Source: an uncultured Candidatus Micrarchaeota archaeon (GTDB taxonomy: Archaea; Micrarchaeota; Micrarchaeia; Micrarchaeales; Micrarchaeaceae). Taken from it: a DNA stretch of 64,000 nt. The stretch lies in NCBI GenBank assembly GCA_963787745.1, contig CAWBEB010000005.1, positions 2,260 to 66,259 of the forward strand, in the 5' to 3' direction. The position numbers and the translations under genes were made by a program. Positions 42,666-49,246 of the stretch are shown here, piece by piece. Position 1 is the first letter of the stretch. Every line of letters begins with the position of its first letter. The notes under the pieces are model-generated. The model searched no databases, was not told where the DNA came from, and saw only the letters and a program-made list of their open reading frames with translations.

Positions 42666-43800
42666 CCCTCACGCCCTTCCGGTTCTTCCTGTCAGTGATC
42701 ATCTCCTCCTTGTGCCTGGTCGCCTGCTTCTTGAGGCGGTTCATCAGCTCCCTGAAGGCGTCATGGAAGGACTCGCCATCGGAGTGCACCCGAACCATCC
42801 CGTTCTTTCCAAGGGACAGCCTTGCCTGCATCTCGTAGGACTTGAGGTTGACACCCTTCACCCGCATGGCGAGGTACTCGACGTCCAGCTTGTGCATCTG
42901 CTCTATGTAGTGCATGAAGGATTTGAGCTCCTCCCTCACCGATTCCTCGTACTGGAAGCTGTATTCGTCGAAGCCAGTCAGGAAGACCTTCTTCTCCTCC
43001 ACCTTGCGCCTCGCGACGACGTTCTCTAGTATGTCCGATATCGTAAGTATGCCGATTGGGTTCCTGCCCTTTATGACCACAAGCGAGAATGCGCCTGCCC
43101 CTATCATCTCGCGCGCTGCATCAGCGAGGGTCTCGCCGGGCTCTATGGTCCGAACGTTGGTGTCCATGATGCCGTCGACCCTAGAGTCGGAGGCCTTGGA
43201 GCTTCTCGATTTGAGCTCCGGGAGCCTGTCACCGGCGGAGCCGTAGCTGCTGTGTATCTTCCTCTTTGTTACCATTCCGCTGAACCGGCCCTCGTCGAGG
43301 ACGACCAGCCGGTTGACCTTGTTGCTTGACATGGTGCTAAGCGCCTGGCCTAAGGTCGCCTCGGAGCCTATCGCAAGGACCGGCGAGCTGAGCGCGTCGG
43401 ACACCTTCGCCTCGTCAAGGGCGTGGAGCGAGAGCAGCATCTTCAAAAGCGTGCCCCTCTCTATGACGCCGGTTATCTTGCCGCCCTGGGTGTAGGGCAG
43501 GTTCTTCACCCTGAGCTTGTAGAAGTAGTATGCGAGGTCCTCGACGGAGCTGCTGTCCGAGACCTGCGGGGCCCTGATTGCCAGCTTCCCGATCTTCTCC
43601 GATGCCGGGGCCCTACCGGAGTTCATCCTGTTGAGGATTCTTGAATCAACCAGGCCGTAGTACTCACCGTCCTTCGTCACAATGACAGCAGGTGCGCCCT
43701 TGCGCGCCTCCACCGCCTTTGAGAGAGAGGAGTTGTAATCCACAAACTCAACTTCAGAAACAAGCTCCTTCGGAATCTGTCTTTCCTCTATATCTACCAT
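42655..43800 (-). CDS. Four-CBS-domain protein with C-terminal HPF/RaiA (S30AE)-like domain
   Basis: CBS repeats include AVIVTKDGEYYGLVDSRIL, KITGVIERGTLL, RFSGMVTKRKI and NPIGILTISDIL. The C-terminal ~97 aa (42700-42990) reads FLTGFD...REELKSFMHYIEQ...YLAMRVK...ARLSLGKNGMVRVHSDGESFHDAFRELMNRLKKQATRHKE. Confidence 0.7.
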   Translation of the reverse strand: MVDIEERQIPKELVSEVEFVDYNSSLSKAVEARKGAPAVIVTKDGEYYGLVDSRILNRMNSGRAPASEKIGKLAIRAPQVSDSSSVEDLAYYFYKLRVKNLPYTQGGKITGVIERGTLLKMLLSLHALDEAKVSDALSSPVLAIGSEATLGQALSTMSSNKVNRLVVLDEGRFSGMVTKRKIHSSYGSAGDRLPELKSRSSKASDSRVDGIMDTNVRTIEPGETLADAAREMIGAGAFSLVVIKGRNPIGILTISDILENVVARRKVEEKKVFLTGFDEYSFQYEESVREELKSFMHYIEQMHKLDVEYLAMRVKGVNLKSYEMQARLSLGKNGMVRVHSDGESFHDAFRELMNRLKKQATRHKEEMITDRKNRKGVRDEE

Positions 43801-43822
43801 ATGAACACCACGCAAACTGCGA

Positions 43823-43856
43823 ACCGATTAGATATAAATAACAAAGTATATAAGTA
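43823..43856. promoter_or_regulatory. Bidirectional AT-rich promoter region (TATA-like boxes for the CBS gene and tRNA-Cys)
   Basis: GATATAAATAAC and GTATATAAGTAG lie between ATG 43800 (minus strand) and the tRNA start at 43870. Confidence 0.4.
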
Positions 43857-43869
43857 GTAGTCAAGTAGC

Positions 43870-43940
43870 GCCAGGATGGCAGATCAGCTATGCGTCCGCC
43901 TGCAGAGCGGAAAAGAAGGGTGCAACTCCCTTTCCTGGCT
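43870..43940 (+). tRNA. tRNA-Cys (anticodon GCA)
   Basis: Acceptor GCCAGGA/TCCTGGC. D stem GCA(G)/(A)TGC with a 13:22 G-A mismatch. Anticodon arm TCCGC-CTGCAGA-GCGGA. 4-nt variable loop. T arm AAGGG-TGCAACT-CCCTT. Discriminator U73. No CCA. T6 run just downstream. Confidence 0.8.
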
Positions 43941-43975
43941 AAATTATTTTTTACGGCGACAGATAGACGACAGAA

Positions 43976-44185
43976 TTAGATAATTAAAGAAATCAAATAT
44001 ATGACCAATAAAAGTACTATTGTTATAGCCATAACCTTCGCATAGAGTGGAATCTTGTCGGAGTGTTGTAGTGGTCGCTTTTGGATCTTCTCGGTTCCTA
44101 TAAACTTTCCTTCTTTATCAGTTATCTCGATTTCTTGTACACCAAGGTTTGGAACCGGGCCGCCTACTGGTGGGCTAATGGGCAT
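43976..44185 (-). CDS. Small tail-anchored membrane protein
   Basis: 69 aa with the C-terminal helix VMAITIVLLLVIYLISLII. AT-rich. Confidence 0.35.
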   Translation of the reverse strand: MPISPPVGGPVPNLGVQEIEITDKEGKFIGTEKIQKRPLQHSDKIPLYAKVMAITIVLLLVIYLISLII

Positions 44186-44203
44186 TGTGATACACCTAAT
44201 GAA

Positions 44204-45997
44204 TCAGAACTTGGATATAGATCTGAACCAATTTATTATCTCGCTTATTATCCCCAGAAAGCTTGACTGCTGGACCTGTGGCATAGTCGTGGTAGCCGAG
44301 GTCGTAGCTGGTATGCTGCTGCCCGAGGTTGCTATTGTTGTTGACACCGATGTTGATGCCGCAGTGGTTGGAACAACAGTGGATGAGCTAGGCGCAGTGG
44401 TGCCGGAAGTGCTTGTGTAACCTGAAATTGTGCTTGTTGATGTGGATTGGAGCGCCACGGGGGATGGTACGACAAGCGTTTTATTTCCGTTTGATGCGAC
44501 GACGCTTAGGCAGTAATAGGGAGATGCAGATACGTTGTATACCTGCTTCACATTAGACTGGTACCAGTATGGATCGGTCATTATACTGGACCAGAGCACG
44601 GTCCTAGTCCCTTGCGGGCATGTTGATGAAGTGCTTGAGTAGAACGTTACGTTGTAGGGTGCAATTGCATCTTCCCATGCCCCGTTTAAAAATTCAGTGG
44701 TGCCTGTTTGCCTCACGGCCAGATTTAACCCAACCGTCGGCACCAGTATCGAAGGTGCCGTACCTGGTACTGTTATTACGACGGGCGTTGAATAAATGAT
44801 GCCATTGGGGCTTACTGCCTTCACACACATGTAGGTCGAATGAGGGAATGTTGCGAAGAACTCTATAGATGAAGAATAGGGAGTGTAGCCTCCTGCTCCC
44901 AGTGAAAGATAGGTATATGTATCGCTATTGCATGAGGCTGAAGGCCCAGAAACAATACTGAGGTTATAATTGCTTGCATTCCTGCCCCCTATCCAATACG
45001 CCTCCAGGCTCGTGTAATTTCCGGCTGTTGTAGTCCAGTTTAACCTATGGTTCGAGTGCCCATTGGTGGCTGGGGTTGGTAGTATAAACAGGCCTACGCT
45101 GAATGAAGCATTCTGGGATCCTAATATTGTAGTTGTGGATGTGCTAGAGATGCTCGATGATGAAGTTGATGTGCTTGTAGTTGTAGGTACTGTAGGACTT
45201 GAAGAAGCGTTTACAGGAACTATTTGGGAATAAGTAATATCTCCAACAGAATCCGACACTTTAGCGCAATATTTGTAATTTCCCGCTTGGGTTAGGGGTT
45301 GGAGCGTATAGGTTGCAATAACAGCATAGGAAGCACTTAATGATACATTATAGGTTTTTATAACACTTGCAGAGCAGTTGGTAGATGACCCTGTTTGTAT
45401 GAGGCTTAAATTGTATGGAGCGACCCCTCCAGACCAACTGAATGCGAAGCTCAGTGGATACCCAAGTTGGACATAGTTGGATGTGGTTAGTGCTGGTGCC
45501 GTCAAGGTCCCGGGAGTCCCAATGGGAGCGGTTATAGAAGCAACCCAAGCAGTTATCCACGGATTCTGGGGTGATGGTGCGCCGGGATTTGCAGTATAAT
45601 TAATCCATATATTACCCCCAAAGACAGCGCCTGTCCCCCAGCCTGGTCCCCCTATCGGACCGCTCTGTTCGTAGCACGTTATACCGTGTGCAAATATCGC
45701 TTGTCCGGATTGCAGTGAGCTTTGCTGAAGCGAGGTATATATCACAGTATTTGACGGTGATGAATATGAGGAATTAGATAGAGAAAGGCATGAGATTTTG
45801 GGGTTGTATATTGTGACGCCAGTCCCCTGTATAAGCGTAAAACTCAACGTACCTGATGTAGAAACGCTGAAATTTGTGCATGAGAATGAACCAGGCGCAA
45901 CGCAAGCCCTAGCGGTTGACCCTCCGAAAGCAACAGAACTAGCTCCTATTACAATAAAAATAGAAAGAAGACCAAGAAGTCTTAGATTATAACTCAT
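44204..45997 (-). CDS. Large secreted Ser/Thr-rich, sequon-rich surface protein (islet cargo)
   Basis: N-terminal signal MSYNLRLLGLLSIFIVIGASSVAFG, spaced Cys pairs, two poly-S/T linkers (TTTSTSTSSSSISSTSTTT; STSTSTISGYTSTSGTT...) and many N-x-S/T sequons. Confidence 0.6.
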   Translation of the reverse strand: MSYNLRLLGLLSIFIVIGASSVAFGGSTARACVAPGSFSCTNFSVSTSGTLSFTLIQGTGVTIYNPKISCLSLSNSSYSSPSNTVIYTSLQQSSLQSGQAIFAHGITCYEQSGPIGGPGWGTGAVFGGNIWINYTANPGAPSPQNPWITAWVASITAPIGTPGTLTAPALTTSNYVQLGYPLSFAFSWSGGVAPYNLSLIQTGSSTNCSASVIKTYNVSLSASYAVIATYTLQPLTQAGNYKYCAKVSDSVGDITYSQIVPVNASSSPTVPTTTSTSTSSSSISSTSTTTILGSQNASFSVGLFILPTPATNGHSNHRLNWTTTAGNYTSLEAYWIGGRNASNYNLSIVSGPSASCNSDTYTYLSLGAGGYTPYSSSIEFFATFPHSTYMCVKAVSPNGIIYSTPVVITVPGTAPSILVPTVGLNLAVRQTGTTEFLNGAWEDAIAPYNVTFYSSTSSTCPQGTRTVLWSSIMTDPYWYQSNVKQVYNVSASPYYCLSVVASNGNKTLVVPSPVALQSTSTSTISGYTSTSGTTAPSSSTVVPTTAASTSVSTTIATSGSSIPATTSATTTMPQVQQSSFLGIISEIINWFRSISKF

Positions 45998-46114
45998 TTA
46001 ATGACCCATTTAATATCGGCACTAAACCTTATAAACTATTGCAGAGAAAGGTTTTGCGGTAGATTCTTATGACCCACCCCCAACAGAAGAAGGGGGTGCC
46101 TAGTGGCTATACAG

Positions 46115-46127
46115 CCCTTTCCTGGCT
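46115..46127. repeat. att-like copy 1 of the tRNA-Cys 3' end (CCCTTTCCTGGCT)
   Basis: Exact 13-mer identical to 43928-43940. The upstream AGAAGGGGGTGC also echoes the tRNA T-arm GAAGGGTGC. Confidence 0.8.
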
Positions 46128-46220
46128 TTTTTCGACGGCAAATCGACGACAGAAATGATCGAGCTTTCTGCTCTGACAAGCAAGATATATATAAGTTTAA
46201 TCCCATAAATATTTGATTAT

Positions 46221-46418
46221 ATGTCAGATTTGCGCATTTTCAAGAGCGAAGGGTGGTATGTCGCTGAACTGCCGTCATTACATGTAGTTACCAGAGCAAA
46301 GAATATGCCGTCTCTTGAAAGGAATTTGAAGGAGGCCATAGACGTGGCAGTAGAGGGAATGTTGGCACTAAAATCTATGAAGATAAAAACATCCAGGGTC
46401 ATGGCGGCAAGAGCATGA
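46221..46418 (+). CDS. hicB: HicB-like antitoxin (UPF0150 N-terminal domain only)
   Basis: IFKSEGWYVAELPSLHVVTRAKNMPSLERNLKEAIDVAVEG fits the HicB fold pattern. It sits directly upstream of hicA. Confidence 0.65.
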   Translation: MSDLRIFKSEGWYVAELPSLHVVTRAKNMPSLERNLKEAIDVAVEGMLALKSMKIKTSRVMAARA

Positions 46419-46427
46419 GTGGTAATC

Positions 46428-46646
46428 ATGTCAAGGTTGGTGATAAAACCAGCTAAGCTTCTAAAGATACTTGTGAAATACTACAATTTCAGGCCCATAA
46501 GGCAGAAGGGAAGTCATATATTCCTGACTAATTTTGAGAAGTCTACAACACTGCCGATGCATGGCGGGGATTTGGACCAGGGCACTTTAGGTGCCATATT
46601 AGACCAGGCTGGATTGACAAAGGATGACATCAGAAAGTACCTTTAG
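46428..46646 (+). CDS. hicA: HicA-family mRNA interferase toxin
   Basis: KPAKLLKILVKYYNFRPIRQKGSHIFLTN...TLPMHGGDLDQGTLGAILDQAGL is the YcfA/HicA pattern. Confidence 0.8.
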   Translation: MSRLVIKPAKLLKILVKYYNFRPIRQKGSHIFLTNFEKSTTLPMHGGDLDQGTLGAILDQAGLTKDDIRKYL

Positions 46647-46704
46647 CATCAAAAAAACGTATTAACCGATTATAACGATAAACTATCGGGATTCCCCGAT
46701 ACGT

Positions 46705-46717
46705 CCCTTTCCTGGCT
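46705..46717. repeat. att-like copy 2 of the tRNA-Cys 3' end
   Basis: Exact CCCTTTCCTGGCT. Confidence 0.8.
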
Positions 46718-46756
46718 TATATACCAGAGCTCACCCGCCGGGTTAATGCGCAAAGA

Positions 46757-47134
46757 TTATTCAACAACTATTATTTTCTCTGTCCCCAGCCTTTTGAAAT
46801 CCTTATCCTGAGTCACGAATGTCTCTCCGTTGGAAAGTGCCGTAGATACTATGAGGAGGTCGGCCTCGCTAAGTTTCAGTCCGGATGCCTTTAGTTTTTT
46901 ATACAGTTCGCCGGCCACCCAGGCAGCTGACAGATCCATATTGTATACCCTTACCCTTTCGAACAGAGTTATAAGGAGCTCTTTGTCGGCATCACCTATG
47001 CCCTTCACTAGCTCGTAACCAGTTATGGAAGCTATTCCTATGGCCCCAGAGCCTTGATGCTTATCTATGATGCCGGCAGCTGTTTTTGAGCCATTTAGAT
47101 AGTCTATCATTATGTTGGTGTCAAAGACCGCCAT
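46757..47134 (-). CDS. vapC: PIN-domain toxin VapC
   Basis: MAVFDTNIMIDYL...ITGYEL...DLLIVSTAL...FVTQDKDF carries the PIN acidic residues. Confidence 0.85.
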   Translation of the reverse strand: MAVFDTNIMIDYLNGSKTAAGIIDKHQGSGAIGIASITGYELVKGIGDADKELLITLFERVRVYNMDLSAAWVAGELYKKLKASGLKLSEADLLIVSTALSNGETFVTQDKDFKRLGTEKIIVVE

Positions 47135-47136
47135 AT

Positions 47137-47355
47137 TTATCCCCTTGCGAACATGCCCTTTCTCTCTTCTCTTATCGTTTCCTTTAGGGCCTTTACCTTT
47201 TCGGGGCTCATGTTAAGTGCACCGAACAGATCGCTTATGTCTGTTTTCTTCTTGTCGGTGAGTTCTATTATTATCTTCGTGAAGGACTTGTCCTTGCCCT
47301 TGAGCTTGCTTAACCTGGAATAAGCCTCTTCAGAGACTGCTATTAGTTTGGCCAT
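47137..47355 (-). CDS. vapB: VapB-type antitoxin (archaeal COG1753-like)
   Basis: MAKLIAVSEEAYSRLSKLKGKDKSFTKIIIEL is typical of this antitoxin family. It lies 2 nt upstream of vapC. Confidence 0.7.
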   Translation of the reverse strand: MAKLIAVSEEAYSRLSKLKGKDKSFTKIIIELTDKKKTDISDLFGALNMSPEKVKALKETIREERKGMFARG

Positions 47356-47645
47356 ATAACCACTTGTATATAGGTGTATATTAATATATAAATATCTTGT
47401 GGTTGGGTAGGCTCAGCCTAATTTTGAGCTAAAATTCCCACGGAACAAGCTAAGCGCGTATTCTTTGGATAATCCTGTCAGTGTGACGTTAAATAAAAGG
47501 CACACCATAAAGATCGCCCCAATAGAGCTACAGGTCGCTTATAAGTTATATTTGGGCAGTGAAAAGGATTACATGGACGCGGCACACCTATATGCAGTAT
47601 TCAAGGAAACACTCGACAAAAAAAAGGCTGGATGTCTTCGTTAAG

Positions 47646-48816
47646 CAGTTAGGTATATAGCTAACCCAAAAAGTGTTACAACTTCCACTACTCTGAACTT
47701 TTGATAAAGTTGTTATCCTTTCTCATCGTCTTCCAAGAGACGACAATGTTGGAAAACGACTCCAACATCCTGGGAGAACTGTACAGAAACTGCAAGGATG
47801 GACGGGAGAAGATAAGGTATGAGGCACTTTACGCCGTAAGTAGAGGTCGCAGCGTAAAGGATGTTGCAGACTTCATAGAAGTTGAAGAATCCACAGTCTA
47901 CGATTGGATAAACAAGTGGATTTTCGACAAGAATATCCGTGATAAACCAAGGAGCGGCAGACCTTCGAAAATCACGAAAGAGGACGACAAAGAGATACGC
48001 CGCCTTATCGACGAAAATGACCCAAAGAAGTACGGGATAAATGCATCTTCCTATACAACAAAAGAACTGCAACTGTACTTTGCAGAATACAGAGGCAAAT
48101 TCATCGACGAAGAGACGTTCAGGATTCATCTTGTCGGGACTGGTGCACACTATGTAAAGGCGCAACTTCGATACAAAGAAGGCGACTTGAACAGGCAGAT
48201 CGAATTCGCACAGAATCTCGTGTTTCTCCTGAAGAACGGATTCTTCACAAAGATACTGTTTGTCGACGAAATGTCAGTATCGACATCCGCACGAAATGGA
48301 TACGGATGGACATACAACCAGAGACTTGTCGTTGATGCACCGCAGAATCATGTTGACAGGGCAAACTACTTCGGCGCAGTCGAAGTCACAGAGGGAACGA
48401 TAATTGAAACGGTGAGGAAATCTGCAAAAGCACCGTCATTCTTGCACCTTCTTCACAAGATAGAACAGTATTACCCTGACGACAAAATGCTGATAGTGAT
48501 GGACAACGGTGCGGTTCACCATAGTTGGAGGGTTGGCAAGTTCTTCAACGAAAGAGACAACATGAAACCTCTTTTCCTGCCGCCATACTCTCCTGACCTC
48601 AACCCAGAGGAGTATGTACATAACGTTTTGCGAGATAAACTTCTCAATAACCGCAACTTCAAGAGCACCAAACAGATCGGATTCGTGATCGACCGCTTCG
48701 TCAAACAGATGACGGCAGAGACGGTCAGGAGTATTGCGACATTGATACCAATAGAGGCGCTACTCTCTGCGCAAATCCAGTTGTGAGACTTTCAAGGAAA
48801 GCTATAAAAGATTCTG
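47646..48816 (+). mobile_element. IS630/Tc1-mariner-family insertion sequence (~1.17 kb)
   Basis: Single transposase ORF. Imperfect ~36-bp terminal inverted repeats: 47646-47681 against the reverse complement of 48781-48816, about 23/36 by hand alignment, with both ends starting CAG and sharing TATAGC. No clean TA target duplication was seen. Confidence 0.55.
47746..48786 (+). CDS. IS630-family DDE transposase
   Basis: N-terminal HTH region (GRSVKDVADFIEVEESTVYDWINKW; PRSGRPSKIT). DDE_3 core: LFVDEMSVS, IVMDNGAVHHS, LPPYSPDLNPEEYVHNVLRD. Confidence 0.85.
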   Translation: MLENDSNILGELYRNCKDGREKIRYEALYAVSRGRSVKDVADFIEVEESTVYDWINKWIFDKNIRDKPRSGRPSKITKEDDKEIRRLIDENDPKKYGINASSYTTKELQLYFAEYRGKFIDEETFRIHLVGTGAHYVKAQLRYKEGDLNRQIEFAQNLVFLLKNGFFTKILFVDEMSVSTSARNGYGWTYNQRLVVDAPQNHVDRANYFGAVEVTEGTIIETVRKSAKAPSFLHLLHKIEQYYPDDKMLIVMDNGAVHHSWRVGKFFNERDNMKPLFLPPYSPDLNPEEYVHNVLRDKLLNNRNFKSTKQIGFVIDRFVKQMTAETVRSIATLIPIEALLSAQIQL

Positions 48817-48844
48817 TTGTGAAAGAAATTTTAGGTGAAATTCG

Positions 48845-49108
48845 ATGAGAGCTGACGTTAACCTAATAAAAGCGATTGAAGAGGAAAAGAGGATGAACTT
48901 CAAAAGCAACTTGAAATTCGTACTCTTTTATGGAGACTGGCTAAAGCACACCAGCAATGAAGTATGGTCCCAACAGCAGGCGTTGCTTATAAACTCCCAA
49001 TTGTTGGGTGCAGATCAGGACCGTGCGAGATATTTAACTGTCAAGGCTGCAGGTAAGAGGGCTAGGGCAGCACAAGACATCAGTGCAGTAATGGAGTCTG
49101 ATCTTTAG
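48845..49108 (+). CDS. Hypothetical protein
   Basis: 87-aa ORF between the IS and the last att-like copy. No family recognised. Confidence 0.3.
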   Translation: MRADVNLIKAIEEEKRMNFKSNLKFVLFYGDWLKHTSNEVWSQQQALLINSQLLGADQDRARYLTVKAAGKRARAAQDISAVMESDL

Positions 49109-49114
49109 TTCCAG

Positions 49115-49138
49115 TCCTTTTCTGGGCTTATCCTGGCT
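49115..49138. repeat. Degenerate att-like copy 3 of the tRNA-Cys 3' end
   Basis: GTCCTTTTCTGGGCT followed by TATCCTGGCT. See islet 3. Confidence 0.6.
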
Positions 49139-49246
49139 TAAATTCATGATGGGAATAAATGACGGATTTGACATACGTCTCCTGTCTAACACCCCGAATA
49201 GGGCTTTAAATAGCCCCATCCACTAATAGGAGACGACGGGAGACCC

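Larger units (their letters stand above)
43941..46127 (+). mobile_element. tRNA-Cys islet 1 (AT-rich; 597-aa secreted protein + small membrane protein), ending at att-like copy 1
   Basis: CCCTTTCCTGGCT at 43928-43940 (tRNA) is repeated at 46115-46127. The left arm 43947-43975 resembles 46128-46154. Line 45301-45360 has 21/60 G+C. Confidence 0.6.
46128..46717 (+). mobile_element. tRNA-Cys islet 2 (590 bp; HicAB only), ending at att-like copy 2
   Basis: Bounded by the 13-mer at 46115-46127 and 46705-46717. Its left arm TTTTTCGACGGCAAATCGACGACAGAA is similar to the islet 1 left arm. Confidence 0.6.
46718..49138 (+). mobile_element. tRNA-Cys islet 3 (VapBC, gene fragment, IS630-family IS, small ORF), ending at degenerate att-like copy 3
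   Basis: Bounded by copy 2 and by 49115-49138, GTCCTTTTCTGGGCTTATCCTGGCT. This comprises an 11/13 copy plus the exact last 8 nt of the tRNA, then TAAATT, compared with AAATT after the tRNA. Confidence 0.55.

Noticed and set aside
48787-49040. Alternative IS630 right end at about 49040 (GATATTTAACTG resembles the complement of the left-end CAGTTAGGTATA)
   Set aside because: This end would make the element about 1.4 kb and place the end inside the 87-aa ORF, and similarity is limited to about 8 nt. The end at 48816 gives a typical 1.17-kb IS630 size and a longer imperfect inverted repeat.
43928-49138. Could the repeated CCCTTTCCTGGCT copies be a CRISPR-like or other spaced-repeat array?
   Set aside because: The copies are only 13 nt and are spaced 0.6-2.4 kb apart. 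The intervening segments are protein-coding, and the repeat is the 3' end of tRNA-Cys. att-site duplication explains them, and no CRISPR array is present anywhere in the window.
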